IMG/VR virus record: IMGVR_UViG_3300044796_000662
Span: 248,001 to 312,000 of that record
Length of the DNA: 64,000 bases
Direction: 5' to 3' (one strand)
Under the pieces are notes generated by a model, which saw nothing but the letters and a program-made list of their open reading frames with translations, ran no database searches and was not told where the DNA came from. Numbering within the stretch: the stretch's first letter is position 1; the number at the start of each line of letters is the position of its first letter. Below, piece after piece: positions 31,111-40,832 of this stretch. A program made the position numbers and the translations under genes.

Positions 31111-31299
31111 TTAGAGAGCATCCCAGAGGATGTTCCTCGGGTGCTTGTCCTGGCAGTCGTCGTAGCGCTCATGGGCGAGAAGATGTCGCTCACGGGCGCG
31201 TTCGCGCTGCCAGTAGTTCCGCTTCCAGGGACCGAGGTCCGTGTACCAGCGCCCGCGGGCGCAGCGGTACTTGATCTTGCGTCGATGATTGACGTGCAT
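31111..31299 (-). CDS. Small basic hypothetical protein
   Basis: SD AAGGAG upstream, 62 aa. Confidence 0.6.
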   Translation of the reverse strand: MHVNHRRKIKYRCARGRWYTDLGPWKRNYWQRERARERHLLAHERYDDCQDKHPRNILWDAL

Positions 31300-31362
31300 G
31301 GCCGCTCCTTGGGTCGATGACCCTAGAGCGGCGCCCCCTTGCCGACCTGCATGCAGCCTCCT

Positions 31363-31692
31363 TTACGAGTCGCTGTGGTACCTCTGGACGGCAGCGGAGC
31401 AGATGCCCCCTTCGTCCTCCCACTCGATGATCGCGACCACCTGGGCGTGGTTGCCCATGGGGTCTCTGCGGGTGTATGCCTCGACCGCAGCGTTGCCATC
31501 CCTGAGGGCGGCTTCGGCGCTGACGTTGGCCTCAGTGACCTCGATGTGGCCCCCGTAGATAGGCAACCGCACGCCTCGACGTTCGAGGTCCCGTGCCTGC
31601 ACCCTGTCGTAAGGATGCGGCATCTCCATGGGGATCTTCACGGTCGGCACGTGCGCAGCGACCTTCCAGCGAGCATCCTTGGACGGGATCAT
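31363..31692 (-). CDS. Hypothetical protein
   Basis: Start moved downstream of the tRNA. Confidence 0.5.
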   Translation of the reverse strand: MIPSKDARWKVAAHVPTVKIPMEMPHPYDRVQARDLERRGVRLPIYGGHIEVTEANVSAEAALRDGNAAVEAYTRRDPMGNHAQVVAIIEWEDEGGICSAAVQRYHSDS

Positions 31693-31720
31693 CACCCTGA
31701 CGGGTCGATGAAAGAAGTAG

Positions 31721-31794
31721 TACCCCCGGCAGGACTCGAACCTACGCGGGCCCAGCTTCGTAGGCTGGCGCTCTTCCAACTGAGCTACGGGGGC
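31721..31794 (-). tRNA. tRNA-Arg(ACG)
   Basis: Canonical, loop CTACGAA. Confidence 0.92.
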
Positions 31795-31806
31795 GTTTCG
31801 TTGCAG

Positions 31807-31879
31807 TACCCCCGGCAGGACTCGAACCTGCGCAAACCTGCCTTCGGAGGGCAGTGCTCTTCCTCTGAGCTACGGGGGC
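31807..31879 (-). tRNA. tRNA-Arg(CCG)
   Basis: Canonical, loop CTCCGAA. Confidence 0.92.
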
Positions 31880-31974
31880 GTAACGCTGACAAGTAGGGGC
31901 CGTGACGAACGTAAGCTACGGGACAGCGTTACCTTTACCGTCCGCATCCTTCCCGTGCCGTTCGTTTAGGCCAG

Positions 31975-32046
31975 TACCCTGGGCAGGAGTCGAACCCGTT
32001 CGTAGAGCTTAGAAGGCTCCCGCCTGCATCCAGCAGGTCCCAGGGC
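31975..32046 (-). tRNA. tRNA-Arg(TCT)
   Basis: Loop CTTCTAA. Confidence 0.8.
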
Positions 32047-32050
32047 ATAG

Positions 32051-32131
32051 AGGTGAGAACTGGAATCGAACCAGCGTTGGCTTGCGCCACCAGGGTTGCA
32101 ATCTGGCCCCTTACCACTCGGGCATCTCACC
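32051..32131 (-). tRNA. tRNA-Cys(GCA) with long variable arm
   Basis: Loop TTGCAAC, U73, TGGC-GCAA-GCCA arm. Confidence 0.87.
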
Positions 32132-32136
32132 GTAGT

Positions 32137-32394
32137 TCAGTTCATTCTAGCAGGGTCCCAGCCCTGCCGCTTGCGATACTCCCAGAGGCGTGACATCTCC
32201 TTCTGGTAGTCCTCCTCCGCGAAGGGCACGCAGGTCGTCATCGGCAGACCCGGATGCACCTGATCCCGAAGCTTGCGACGCGCGAGGCGTTCGGCCTCCT
32301 GCACGTCCTCTGCGTCAACCCACGTGCTGGGGGAGATGTGCCACACATCTCCTTCCGGCGCCCATGCTTCGAACGATACCCACCAGTGGGTCAC
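32137..32394 (-). CDS. Hypothetical protein
   Basis: 85 aa ORF. Confidence 0.55.
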   Translation of the reverse strand: MTHWWVSFEAWAPEGDVWHISPSTWVDAEDVQEAERLARRKLRDQVHPGLPMTTCVPFAEEDYQKEMSRLWEYRKRQGWDPARMN

Positions 32395-32434
32395 TTACTG
32401 CACCCCCGACACCCAAGGTCGGGGGATAGAAGGG

Positions 32435-33166
32435 TTACGAGGCCAACTCGTGCCAGCGTGCTGCCAGCATCCTTGCGTGACTCACGACCGGCAGGCCGTA
32501 TCCTCCGAAGGACATCCCGTCGTTGGCCTCGACCAAGAGGGTCCGGCCGTCCGCCGTGACCCCCCAATCGAGGCAGCACGCAGCCGGCGCGACCTTCTTG
32601 TACTGCTTCCAGGCGGCCTCAACGACCTTGCGGTCCGGGGCCACCCCCCAGTCGCCCTTGTACTTGCGGCAGTCGATGATGGTCTCGTAAAGCTGAAAGG
32701 CTCTGTACTCGACCACGAACTCGACCGGATCCGAGACCCACACGGGCATCTCGTCGGTCTGCGTGACGACCCGCATGCGTGACTCGCGGTCGGCTCTCCA
32801 GACGAACCCCGTGAACGCCTTGTGCTCCTGCGGCTTGACGAAGATGGGCTCGACCATGTTGCGGACCTCGCCGAGCGTCGCCTGACGGACGTTGCGGCCG
32901 AGGAACTCGCGCAGCTCCTCCGGGTAGTCGAGAGGCGGCGGGATGGGCTTGCCGAGCTTCCTGAGACCGTTCCAAACGTCCCCGAGCCATCCGGCCACAC
33001 CGACCTCAGGTCCAAGGTCTTCCACCTTGTCGATGTCGTCAGGCCAGTAGAAGGGCACCGTCTCGACGTTGAGCTTGTCCATCCCGAGCCAGGCCGAGTA
33101 CAGCACCTCTGTCTCCGGATGCTGCTCACGGTAGCGGATGTAGAACTTCCGCGCCTTGATGTCCAT
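32435..33166 (-). CDS. ATP-grasp fold protein
   Basis: DYPEEL, FVKP, EYRAF, LDWG, LVEANDG. Confidence 0.75.
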   Translation of the reverse strand: MDIKARKFYIRYREQHPETEVLYSAWLGMDKLNVETVPFYWPDDIDKVEDLGPEVGVAGWLGDVWNGLRKLGKPIPPPLDYPEELREFLGRNVRQATLGEVRNMVEPIFVKPQEHKAFTGFVWRADRESRMRVVTQTDEMPVWVSDPVEFVVEYRAFQLYETIIDCRKYKGDWGVAPDRKVVEAAWKQYKKVAPAACCLDWGVTADGRTLLVEANDGMSFGGYGLPVVSHARMLAARWHELAS

Positions 33167-33184
33167 GAACCGAGGCTACACCAC

Positions 33185-33814
33185 CTAGAGCGAGTTGGAC
33201 AGAAGCCCGACCAGTTCCGGCAAGTCCCTCAGATCCTTGTCCTCGATCTGGAAGCCGGGATGCTTGTCACCCGTGTTCGGAATCTCCCCACGAACGCCCG
33301 TCTCCCATTCGGGGGACCCGCGACGAACCCACCCGAGAACGTAGAGGTGAGGAGGCTCCGGCCGCATGTCCCGATCGAGGCTCGGGATGAGGACACGGGG
33401 CTTGTCCGGATCGATGCGCCCCACGCGCATGATGCACTGGATGTACAGTTCGGGGTGCTTCTTCTTCAGCTCCTCGCCCTTGATGATGAGGTGCAGCCCC
33501 GAGCGCATGTGCGTGTTGCTCGTCTTGACGTTGATCGTCAAAGCCCGCTCTGTGGCCTTCTCCCAGACCTGCATGTCCACGCCATCGTCCCCGCGGCCGC
33601 TGACGAGAAGAGAAGCGACTTGCTTCCCCTTGTCGCGGAAGAAGTCGAAGAGGACATCGGTCGCCACGAAGTCCAGAAAGTCCCCTTGCCCCTTACCGAC
33701 GCCCTCGGCATCCGGGATGCCCGAGCGACGCCCATGCAGTGGACGGAGCTTCTCGTACTTGTTGAGGGCGTAGTCGATGATGTACGCCGGTACATCGAGG
33801 CGAACAGGCTCCAT
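33185..33814 (-). CDS. Hypothetical protein, possible restriction-endonuclease fold
   Basis: GDDGVD...INVKT; GGTGTA 10 nt upstream. Confidence 0.55.
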   Translation of the reverse strand: MEPVRLDVPAYIIDYALNKYEKLRPLHGRRSGIPDAEGVGKGQGDFLDFVATDVLFDFFRDKGKQVASLLVSGRGDDGVDMQVWEKATERALTINVKTSNTHMRSGLHLIIKGEELKKKHPELYIQCIMRVGRIDPDKPRVLIPSLDRDMRPEPPHLYVLGWVRRGSPEWETGVRGEIPNTGDKHPGFQIEDKDLRDLPELVGLLSNSL

Positions 33815-33835
33815 ACCCCCAAGATACACCGTCAG

Positions 33836-33907
33836 AGCGGGCGGCGGGAATCGAACCCGCGACATCCAGCTTGGGAAGCTAGCGGTCTACCACTGACCTA
33901 CGCCCGC
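33836..33907 (-). tRNA. tRNA-Gly(CCC)
   Basis: Canonical, loop TTCCCAA. Confidence 0.92.
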
Positions 33908-33913
33908 GTGCTG

Positions 33914-34213
33914 TTACTTCCGCGCCTCGACCTTGAGCTTGGTCACGCACGAAAACGTCTTGCCGTCCCAACCCGTGGCGTGAAGCTCAATCTCACCTGG
34001 GCGGTGCTGCTTCGCCTTCCCGTCCTTGTGGTGCTTCTCCAGGTACTTCACCACGGCCTGCTCAGGAACCTCCCCCTTGCGAAGGTCGAGCGACTCCGGG
34101 TCCAACTCGTCGCAGTCCCCACCGAAGTACACGACCGCGTTGCCCTCAAGGGGCTTGGACGGGTCAAGAAGTGCTCGCGGTGCGGCAGTGCGACGGTCGT
34201 ACGAGTAGCGCAT
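33914..34213 (-). CDS. Hypothetical protein with N-terminal YDRR tag
   Basis: MRYSYDRRTAA... Confidence 0.7.
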   Translation of the reverse strand: MRYSYDRRTAAPRALLDPSKPLEGNAVVYFGGDCDELDPESLDLRKGEVPEQAVVKYLEKHHKDGKAKQHRPGEIELHATGWDGKTFSCVTKLKVEARK

Positions 34214-34272
34214 GACCTACACCCCCGACAAAAGGAGTAGAGCGGGGCCGCCGAAGCGACCCCGCTCTCCGA

Positions 34273-34545
34273 TCACTGCGCTTGTGCCTGCAACGGGGTG
34301 CGGAGGTTGTACAGGGTCGGGTTGCAGTGCTTGCACCCGATGTTCCCGCACGGACCCGCCGTGTGTCTCGCGAGCCTGATCGTCTTCTTGCGAAGACGCT
34401 GAGCCCGGAGCTTCACCCTCTTGCTCTTGCTGTTCCGGCCTTCCCGCATCCACTGCTGGTAGAGGGCCTTCTGAGCTGCCTTGCGTGCGATCTTCTTCGC
34501 TCGACGACGCTTACGCTGGTCGAGACGCTTTGCTTTTCCTGCCAT
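34273..34545 (-). CDS. Small basic protein with His/Cys Zn site
   Basis: K/R-rich; H..CGNIGCKHC. Confidence 0.65.
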   Translation of the reverse strand: MAGKAKRLDQRKRRRAKKIARKAAQKALYQQWMREGRNSKSKRVKLRAQRLRKKTIRLARHTAGPCGNIGCKHCNPTLYNLRTPLQAQAQ

Positions 34546-34576
34546 GTGACCACTCAGCCGCTTCGAGAGTCGGCGG

Positions 34577-34631
34577 AGCGGGCGGTGGGGGCGAACCCTA
34601 CGGCTTGGCGAACGTCCCCGAGCCCACCCGC
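34577..34631 (-). pseudogene. Degenerate tRNA-Gly-like remnant
   Basis: GCGGGTG/CGCCCGC acceptor, damaged T arm, GCCAA. Confidence 0.35.
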
Positions 34632-34754
34632 ATAACGGGCCTACTCGACGACGCGCGTGACGTTGGTCTCCGCGTGAACAACGTCACGCGCAAGCGGCGA
34701 TGGTGATCTTCATGGGGAGCCCTCCTGTCAGGTACACTGTACACCGTTTCGGTG

Positions 34755-34829
34755 TGGAGCAGGCGAGGGGAATCGAACCCCCACATCATCGTTGGCAACG
34801 ACAAGCCGGGAAGCCACCCGGACGCCTGC
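34755..34829 (-). tRNA. tRNA-Gly(GCC), atypical D arm
   Basis: Loop TTGCCAA, CCA. Confidence 0.8.
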
Positions 34830-34840
34830 GATAGAGTCAG

Positions 34841-34912
34841 AGCGGGAGAAGGGACTCGAACCCTCGATCTTCGCGTTGGCAACGCGCTGCTCTACCACTG
34901 AGCTACTCCCGC
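34841..34912 (-). tRNA. tRNA-Gly(GCC)
   Basis: Canonical. Confidence 0.92.
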
Positions 34913-34939
34913 ATTTCGTTCGATGAAGCCGCTTTGTGC

Positions 34940-35416
34940 ATGGGTGACGAGCAGCAAAAGAAGTTCGATCTGAAGGGGTGGGCGGCCATTATCGCCGCCC
35001 TGGCCGCCATGTTGACGTCCGTGGGCTCCTGGTACAAGCCTCAAGACACGTCCGTGGAGAAGACGGCCTACGAGACCTTGAGCACGAGCATCTCCAAGCT
35101 GTCGGACTCGGAGCAGAAGAACCACGAGGACATCTCGAACCTGCGCGGCTACCTCGACGGCATCTCCCGGGCTCCACTGCTTGTGCCCGCGGACACGGCC
35201 ACCTCGTCCCCGGCCCCTACGCCTTTGCCAGCCGATGCTCCCCACCCTGCCCCGCATGCGGCAGCGACGTCCCCTTCCACCTCGGGTCCAATCTCCTTCG
35301 CCCTCAGCGCGCCCCCGGTTCCTGCCGTCCACGCTGCGCCGGCGCCGGTTGCCCCTCCCGCCTTCTCGGCAGTTGCGGCCGCCGCTGCGGCTCCCGCAGC
35401 CGGCAACGTGCCGTGA
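34940..35416 (+). CDS. Membrane-anchored Pro/Ala-rich protein
   Basis: TM segment, short coil, Pro/Ala tail. Confidence 0.65.
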   Translation: MGDEQQKKFDLKGWAAIIAALAAMLTSVGSWYKPQDTSVEKTAYETLSTSISKLSDSEQKNHEDISNLRGYLDGISRAPLLVPADTATSSPAPTPLPADAPHPAPHAAATSPSTSGPISFALSAPPVPAVHAAPAPVAPPAFSAVAAAAAAPAAGNVP

Positions 35417-35838
35417 CGTACCTCTACGACCGCCGCGCCTCGAAGGGCATCGTCATCCGTCCCGAAGGCTGGCGCGCTCAGAACGACGAGCCGGGCAAGT
35501 GGACCCGCTCGGGCCACCTCTACCGGGGCATGACCGAGGCCGAGTACCATTACGTCCAGTCACACGGCCACATCAAGAGCAACGAGTCCTACTCGGCCCA
35601 CGGCGAGGGTACGAACTTCAGCGAGAGCGCGGAAGACGCCGAAGGCTACGTGAACTTCGGTCGTGACGACCCACGCACCACTGGCAAGCCGACCTACATC
35701 GTCGAGGTGAAGAAGACCGACCTCTTCAAGCGCTGGCCGGACGGCTACTGGAAGGCGCCCGAGGTTCCGAAGTCCCTCATCACGCGCGTGTGGAAGTGCG
35801 TCGGCTCGGACGGTCAAGTCGTCGCCTACGAGCTGTAG
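35413..35838 (+). CDS. YDRR-tagged protein, possible ADP-ribosyltransferase-like fold
   Basis: GTG start coupled to previous stop; TYLYDRRAS; LYRG...TNFS...A..Y...YIVEV. Confidence 0.6.
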   Translation: MTYLYDRRASKGIVIRPEGWRAQNDEPGKWTRSGHLYRGMTEAEYHYVQSHGHIKSNESYSAHGEGTNFSESAEDAEGYVNFGRDDPRTTGKPTYIVEVKKTDLFKRWPDGYWKAPEVPKSLITRVWKCVGSDGQVVAYEL

Positions 35839-35911
35839 AGCGGGCGGGGGGAATCGAACCCCAATTTGACAGCTTGGAAGGCTGTTGTCAGACCACCTGA
35901 CGGCCACCCGC
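35839..35911 (-). tRNA. tRNA-Gly(TCC)
   Basis: Loop CTTCCAA. Confidence 0.85.
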
Positions 35912-36055
35912 ATGAAGAGGCGCTAAAGGGGCGTGAGCATCTCAGCTCCCCGACCAGCACTGTGTTGACCCCGTCCGTGGCTGGCCGTGTCACAGCCCTT
36001 TGGACTCGAACGGGAACAGTACCTTTTCCCCCTTGTGGGGCTTTAGTTACCTCAG

Positions 36056-36134
36056 AGCCGGTAGAGGGAATCGAACCCCCGATGGTTGCCCGACTGTTTA
36101 CAAAACAGTTGCTCTACCACTGAGCGATACCGGC
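36056..36134 (-). tRNA. tRNA-Thr(TGT), enlarged variable loop
   Basis: Loop TTTGTAA. Confidence 0.88.
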
Positions 36135-36145
36135 AAAAGTGCCAG

Positions 36146-36218
36146 AGCCGGTGATGGGAGTCGAACCCACTTAAGCCTCCTTACCATGGAGGTGCTCGTC
36201 CACACGAGCATCACCGGC
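36146..36218 (-). tRNA. tRNA-Thr(GGT)
   Basis: Loop ATGGTAA. Confidence 0.85.
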
Positions 36219-36462
36219 AAACGTTCGTGAACACATACCAGACGAGGAGTGCCGTAACGAGCACGAAGCCCATGGCAGCCTTGTCGAGTTCCTTACCCTC
36301 CATGATGAACCTCCCCATTAAGCTGGCGCAATAGGGGATCTTCAACGCCAGATCCACCTATCCCGGGTGTATTGGGGGTAGACGATGGGCGAGGAGGTTG
36401 ATCACCGGACACTTCGGTTGGTCGCCCTCGCTGTGATCGTCGCTCTGCTTCTCTGGCGCTAG

Positions 36463-36534
36463 TGGACCAACGGGGATTCGAACCCGCGATTTACCCCGTG
36501 CGAGGGGGTCGTACTGCCGTTGTACTATCAGCCC
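36463..36534 (-). tRNA. tRNA-Ala(CGC)
   Basis: G3.U70, loop CTCGCAC. Confidence 0.85.
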
Positions 36535-36612
36535 ATTGGCTTTTGAGAAGCGGAGCCGCAACCGCTATCACGACACCGTGTCACCCGTGATCAGGATCGC
36601 AGTGTCTACCCG

Positions 36613-36684
36613 TGGAGCTGAGAGGTATCGAACCTCCTGCCTTCCCCGTGTCAGGGGGACGCTCTACCAGTGAGCTACAGCTCC
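36613..36684 (-). tRNA. tRNA-Val(GAC)
   Basis: Loop CTGACAC. Confidence 0.9.
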
Positions 36685-36772
36685 GGAAGGCGGTTTCAGG
36701 TTGGGGCGCCTAGCCCAAGATCCACCCCGCTGCCCTATCCCCGTGGACTGGGGGTAATGGCTTGCGGAATCC

Positions 36773-36846
36773 TGGTAGGCGCGAAGGGAATCGAACCCCC
36801 ATGTCCTCCACGTCAAGGAGGTGTTCTACCACTGAACTACGCGCCT
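36773..36846 (-). tRNA. tRNA-Val(GAC)
   Basis: Loop TTGACGT, CCA. Confidence 0.9.
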
Positions 36847-36862
36847 ATGCTTCGTTGACTAG

Positions 36863-36934
36863 TAGGCGCGAAGGGGATTGAACCCATGACCCTCCCCGTG
36901 TGAAGGGGATGCTCTACCACTGAGCTACGCGCCT
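36863..36934 (-). tRNA. tRNA-Val(CAC)
   Basis: Loop TTCACAC. Confidence 0.9.
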
Positions 36935-36950
36935 GTTTCTGTGAAGGTAG

Positions 36951-37021
36951 TGGACCTGTAGGGAGTCGAACCCTCACGCGCGACCTTGCAAAGGTCGGCC
37001 CCGAAGCCCTCGGACAAGCCC
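36951..37021 (-). tRNA. tRNA-Ala(TGC), atypical D arm
   Basis: G3.U70, loop TTTGCAA. Confidence 0.75.
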
Positions 37022-37117
37022 ATGAGGAGCCCCTGCCGTCCCCTTGGCGTGGGGGCGAACAGGAACCCCGAGGGGTTTCACCCCTGCCTCATCAGACCTT
37101 CATTGGAGCACCTCTAG

Positions 37118-37190
<73 letters not shown>

Positions 37191-37191
37191 G

Positions 37192-38532
37192 TCACGACCA
37201 CTTGCTCTCTGCCATCTCTAGCAGAAGGCTTTCCTTCTCACCGTACTGGTCCACGGCCTTGCGCACTCGGCGCTCCTTCGCGGCCAGCACCTTCACCTGG
37301 ATCAAGTTCTGGGTGACCTTGATGTAGTCACCTTCCTTCACGACGCCAGGGAGACCGTTGATCTCTACCAGATCGTGGTAGCCATCGCCATCGTAGAGTT
37401 CCTCACCGTTGTCCCTCGCCATCTGGAGGGCGACCCTCGTTGTCAGATCCGCGAACGGACGGTCGTACTCGATGCGGTAGAGGAAGACGCCCTTGTCTGG
37501 GGCGTCGCGGAAGAACCCGAACCCGTGGATGAACTTCTCGTCGGGCTCCTGGAGGAACGCCCGGTCGTAGACGATGAAGGTGATGTCCCCGTCCGAGTAG
37601 ACGAGGATGTCGCCGGTCGCCTTGACGGCCTCGGGCGTCTGCTCCCGCTCGATGTGCTCTGGCTTTTCCCCCGCTTCAGCAAGGATCTGCTTCACCTTGC
37701 TGAGGCTCAACTTCCCCTCACGTACCAGGTCTGAGTACCAACCCTGAGCACTGAACTCGTGCACGCGGTCCCGCCAGAGAGCGAGGGCGTTGCGCTCCCC
37801 TGCCGGCGTGAACCCTCCCGACGTGAACGACGGGTTCAGCTCATACCAGAACTGCCCGATGATCTTGCCGAGGCCCTTGCCGCGGTACTCTTGCGCCACC
37901 GCAAGGAGGGTGGCTCCCCACTCGTTCGAAGCTTGTGCGACGACCAGGCCGTCCGCGTTGAAGATGGCGAGGGTCACGCCTGAGTCGGTCTTGGGCTGCT
38001 TCTCAGCCCGCACGCTCATGGCCTCGCCCTTGACGATGATGTGCTGGAGGACAACCGGGTACTTCGCCTCGTTCAGCTTGGCGATGGGGCTGATGAGCGG
38101 CATGACCTCGGAGAGGTACTTGACCTGCTTGTAGGACGTGACCCCGAGGTCCGTCTGCTTGCCCATGTGGTCGAGCACATACTTCGGGATGCGCCCCTTG
38201 AGATGCGGCTTGTCGAAGTAGGCGACGCCGTTGTGGATGACGCCGATGATGGCGCCCTCCTTCATGACCTCGTAGCCGCCGCTCAACTGGTAGACCGTCA
38301 CCATGTCGCTGCCGTGCGAGCCCTGCGTGCCCACTTGGCGAGGATGGTCCTCGTTCAGGTGGAAGACGTCGAAGTCGTACGACTCGCTGTTGTGGTGCTT
38401 GTCCTCCGGGTTGCGGAACGCGAGGAACTCCTCCTTCGTCATGAGCCCGATCTCGGTCTTGGGGAACGAGGTCGGGAGCGGATTTGCTCGCGCTTGAAGG
38501 TACCGGGCAGCCACCCGTACTGCGATCATCAT
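37192..38532 (-). CDS. RVAARY-tagged protein with GNAT-like acetyl-CoA motif
   Basis: MMIAVRVAARYLQA; LAVAQEYRGKGLG. Confidence 0.75.
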   Translation of the reverse strand: MMIAVRVAARYLQARANPLPTSFPKTEIGLMTKEEFLAFRNPEDKHHNSESYDFDVFHLNEDHPRQVGTQGSHGSDMVTVYQLSGGYEVMKEGAIIGVIHNGVAYFDKPHLKGRIPKYVLDHMGKQTDLGVTSYKQVKYLSEVMPLISPIAKLNEAKYPVVLQHIIVKGEAMSVRAEKQPKTDSGVTLAIFNADGLVVAQASNEWGATLLAVAQEYRGKGLGKIIGQFWYELNPSFTSGGFTPAGERNALALWRDRVHEFSAQGWYSDLVREGKLSLSKVKQILAEAGEKPEHIEREQTPEAVKATGDILVYSDGDITFIVYDRAFLQEPDEKFIHGFGFFRDAPDKGVFLYRIEYDRPFADLTTRVALQMARDNGEELYDGDGYHDLVEINGLPGVVKEGDYIKVTQNLIQVKVLAAKERRVRKAVDQYGEKESLLLEMAESKWS

Positions 38533-39038
38533 GCGACGCGAGCCAGGAGGGACCTCGCGAGGCGCATCATGGTCATGCCGGCGAGGTCCGGGTTGCCGAC
38601 GATCGTGTGGTACTGGATGGCCTTCGAGTAGTCCATCCGGTCCTTCGCCACGTTGTACGGCACGTAGCCGACGACCAGGTACAGCTCGCCCTGGTGCATG
38701 ATGATGTTGACCGCGAAGGCGTCGATGGGGTCGTGCGCCTGGAAGAAGTAGTAGATGCGCGTGCCCGACTTGCTGACGGCCGCATGGTAGTGCTCGTGCA
38801 GCTTCGAGTACAGGAGTCCTAGAAAGTTCGGCAGGAGCGCCTCGACGCTGTCACGAGCGTCCTGGAACAGTTCGGCGTCCGTGTGGTGGACTGGCGTGAC
38901 CGAGTAATCGTCCAGCTCGCCGATGAAGGCGAAGCGGTTCGCCCACGCGATGGCCTCTGCGGGGACCGAATGCCTGGCCCCGGCCGTGGCGACCTTCAGG
39001 CCCCATCGGGCCGCTACTGTACGCGCAAGGCGATCCAT
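38529..39038 (-). CDS. Hypothetical protein with VAARW tag
   Basis: MDRLARTVAARWGLKVA. Confidence 0.7.
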   Translation of the reverse strand: MDRLARTVAARWGLKVATAGARHSVPAEAIAWANRFAFIGELDDYSVTPVHHTDAELFQDARDSVEALLPNFLGLLYSKLHEHYHAAVSKSGTRIYYFFQAHDPIDAFAVNIIMHQGELYLVVGYVPYNVAKDRMDYSKAIQYHTIVGNPDLAGMTMMRLARSLLARVA

Positions 39039-39194
39039 CGCCCATGTCGGGCGATAAAAGGAAGGCGCGGACGTTGCCGCCCGCGCCTCAACCCAAACGT
39101 CCCGGGGGTACGTTCACTCTACCCCGGCTCCCTCTCTCCCTGAACGCTATGCCAGGGACTCAACCCTGGCTACCTGGAGAGGCTTCGATCTTCG

Positions 39195-39293
39195 TCACGT
39201 CCTCCGCTTGTTTCTGTACTGACGCCGCCAACAGGGCCGGCATAGGTACAGGTACCCAAGAATACCTTGGGCAATCTGGCACCACTTGCACAT
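39195..39293 (-). CDS. 32-aa CxxC..CxxC peptide
   Basis: MCKWCQ...LCRPCWRRQYRNKRRT; strong SD GAAAGGAGG inside a hairpin. Confidence 0.5.
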   Translation of the reverse strand: MCKWCQIAQGILGYLYLCRPCWRRQYRNKRRT

Positions 39294-39362
39294 GTGGAAC
39301 CTCCTTTCTGCGATGAAAGGAGGCTGCTACGGCGGGCGAATGACGTTCTCCATGGGAGTCCT

Positions 39363-39587
39363 TCAGGAGGGGCGGATGCGACGTTCGAGTTCGGTGACGA
39401 CGGCCTGGTACACCATCTTGGGGTCCGCCGTGCTGAGTTTGTGAGTCACCTGACCGAAAAGGAACCCCACGCAGGACTTGCCCGACGCGTAGAGCTGGAC
39501 CTGATCGGGGTGCCGGTCGATGACCCTCTGGACGCACTCTTCGACGCTCAGGATCGCAGGCGGAACGGAAGAAGACGACGTGATCAC
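39363..39587 (-). CDS. Stand-alone GatB/YqeY tail-like tRNA-binding domain
   Basis: VIDRHPDQVQLYASGK..GFLFGQV...ADPK. Confidence 0.65.
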   Translation of the reverse strand: MITSSSSVPPAILSVEECVQRVIDRHPDQVQLYASGKSCVGFLFGQVTHKLSTADPKMVYQAVVTELERRIRPS

Positions 39588-39648
39588 GGGATGATTCCTA
39601 CACCGGGGAGTGACGTTAGGCTACCGGGACAAGTAGGTTCTGCAACGC

Positions 39649-39900
39649 CTACAAGAACTCCCGGTATGCCCCGAGCTGCGCCGCTCTGGTCTCGTCCACC
39701 TCGAACTTGTCGGTGCACGACCCACCCTTGAAGATGGAGAGCTGACGCTTCGGACCCGTATGTTTCCGATGTTCGTACTGACGTACGTCACATCCCCCGA
39801 ATTCTTTAGCCCCGACGAAGACACCGTGAACGCAGAGCCCGCACGTGCGCGGGATGCGGTAGCCGATGCTGCGAAGCTCCGTGAGCTTGTTCTGGTCCAT
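39649..39900 (-). CDS. Small Cys-rich protein
   Basis: CGLCVH...C...C. Confidence 0.6.
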   Translation of the reverse strand: MDQNKLTELRSIGYRIPRTCGLCVHGVFVGAKEFGGCDVRQYEHRKHTGPKRQLSIFKGGSCTDKFEVDETRAAQLGAYREFL

Positions 39901-39922
39901 GACAGACCCCCAAAAGTAGCAT

Positions 39923-39995
39923 TGGTGGAGAGGATGAGGAATCGAACCCACCGGCTTGGCGGGGAAGCAAGTTCCCAGGCCGCGCCCCAGCACCC
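39923..39995 (-). pseudogene. Degenerate tRNA-like element
   Basis: T arm and ACCA end, poorly paired acceptor. Confidence 0.35.
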
Positions 39996-40013
39996 ATGGC
40001 TCCCCGAGTTAGT

Positions 40014-40374
40014 GAAGTGAGCGTATAAGCCGAGTTCTGTTCCCCGTTACCGGGTGATGATCATTCCTCTAGGCCCACCGTTGCCGATGGGCTCAAGCAG
40101 TCAACCCGGGGGTATCGGCCGGACGCGCCACCCCCTGCATGACCTTGCTCCCGGTGAGGTTTGCCTTGCGACCGATGTTACCACCGGCCCGGTGGGCTCT
40201 TACTCCACCCTTGCACCCTTACCTGATCCCCTTGCGGGGCCATCGGCGGTCTTCTCTCTGTTGCACTTTCTGTCGGGTCACCCCGCCCGGCCGTTAGCCG
40301 GCACCGTGTCCAGTGGAGCCCGGACTTTCCTCCCGCTGTCGTACTGACCAGCCGGCGACCATCTCACTCACTTC
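40014..40374 (-). ncRNA. rnpB: RNase P RNA (bacterial type A)
   Basis: GAGGAAAGTCCGGGCTC, GAAAGTGCAACAGA, GGCAAACC, ACAGAACTCGGCTTA; P1 GAAGTGAG/CTCACTTC. Confidence 0.95.
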
Positions 40375-40375
40375 G

Positions 40376-40446
40376 CAGGGGCAGCAGGAATCGAACCCGC
40401 GTAGTCCGTTTTGGAGGCGGACGTCTTACCACTAGACGATACCCCT
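40376..40446 (-). tRNA. tRNA-Trp(CCA)
   Basis: Loop CTCCAAA. Confidence 0.9.
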
Positions 40447-40468
40447 GAAAAGAGCCCGAAGGCTCTAG

Positions 40469-40539
40469 CAGATCGGAAGGGAATCGAACCCTCTTGACGC
40501 GGGTTTTGGAGGCCCGCCGCTTACCATCAGCACCGACCT
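40469..40539 (-). tRNA. tRNA-Trp(CCA)
   Basis: Loop CTCCAAA, short D arm. Confidence 0.8.
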
Positions 40540-40668
40540 AAGCGCTGCTTTTCGTGTCACGTACTCCGCTGGGTTCGGCGCCGACAGTCTTGCGGGTGGA
40601 GCAGCAACCCGCAGCAAGACCAGCAAACGCTATCCGTTGCAGAGCAGCTACGTCATGAAGCCGTAGCT

Positions 40669-40748
40669 TGGCGGGGCTAGCGGGATTTGAACCCTGCGAT
40701 CTCCTCCGTGACAGGGAGGCGAGGACGGCCGGACTCCTCTATAACCCC
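40669..40748 (-). tRNA. tRNA-Asp(GTC)
   Basis: Loop CTGTCAC, CCA. Confidence 0.88.
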
Positions 40749-40760
40749 AAACACACTTCG

Positions 40761-40832
40761 CGGCCCCAAGGGGAATCGAACCCCTACTTACGGCGTGACA
40801 AGCCGTCGTCCTAGCCGTTGGACTATGAGGCC
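40761..40832 (-). tRNA. tRNA-Asp(GTC)
   Basis: Loop TTGTCAC. Confidence 0.9.

Noticed and set aside
37025-37110. Hammerhead-like CTGATGA...GAAA (also near 54870)
   Set aside because: Stems I and II cannot form; the motifs are taken up in ordinary hairpins.
40542-40650. Rod-like spacer as 6S or SRP RNA
   Set aside because: Too short for 6S and lacks the SRP helix-8 consensus.
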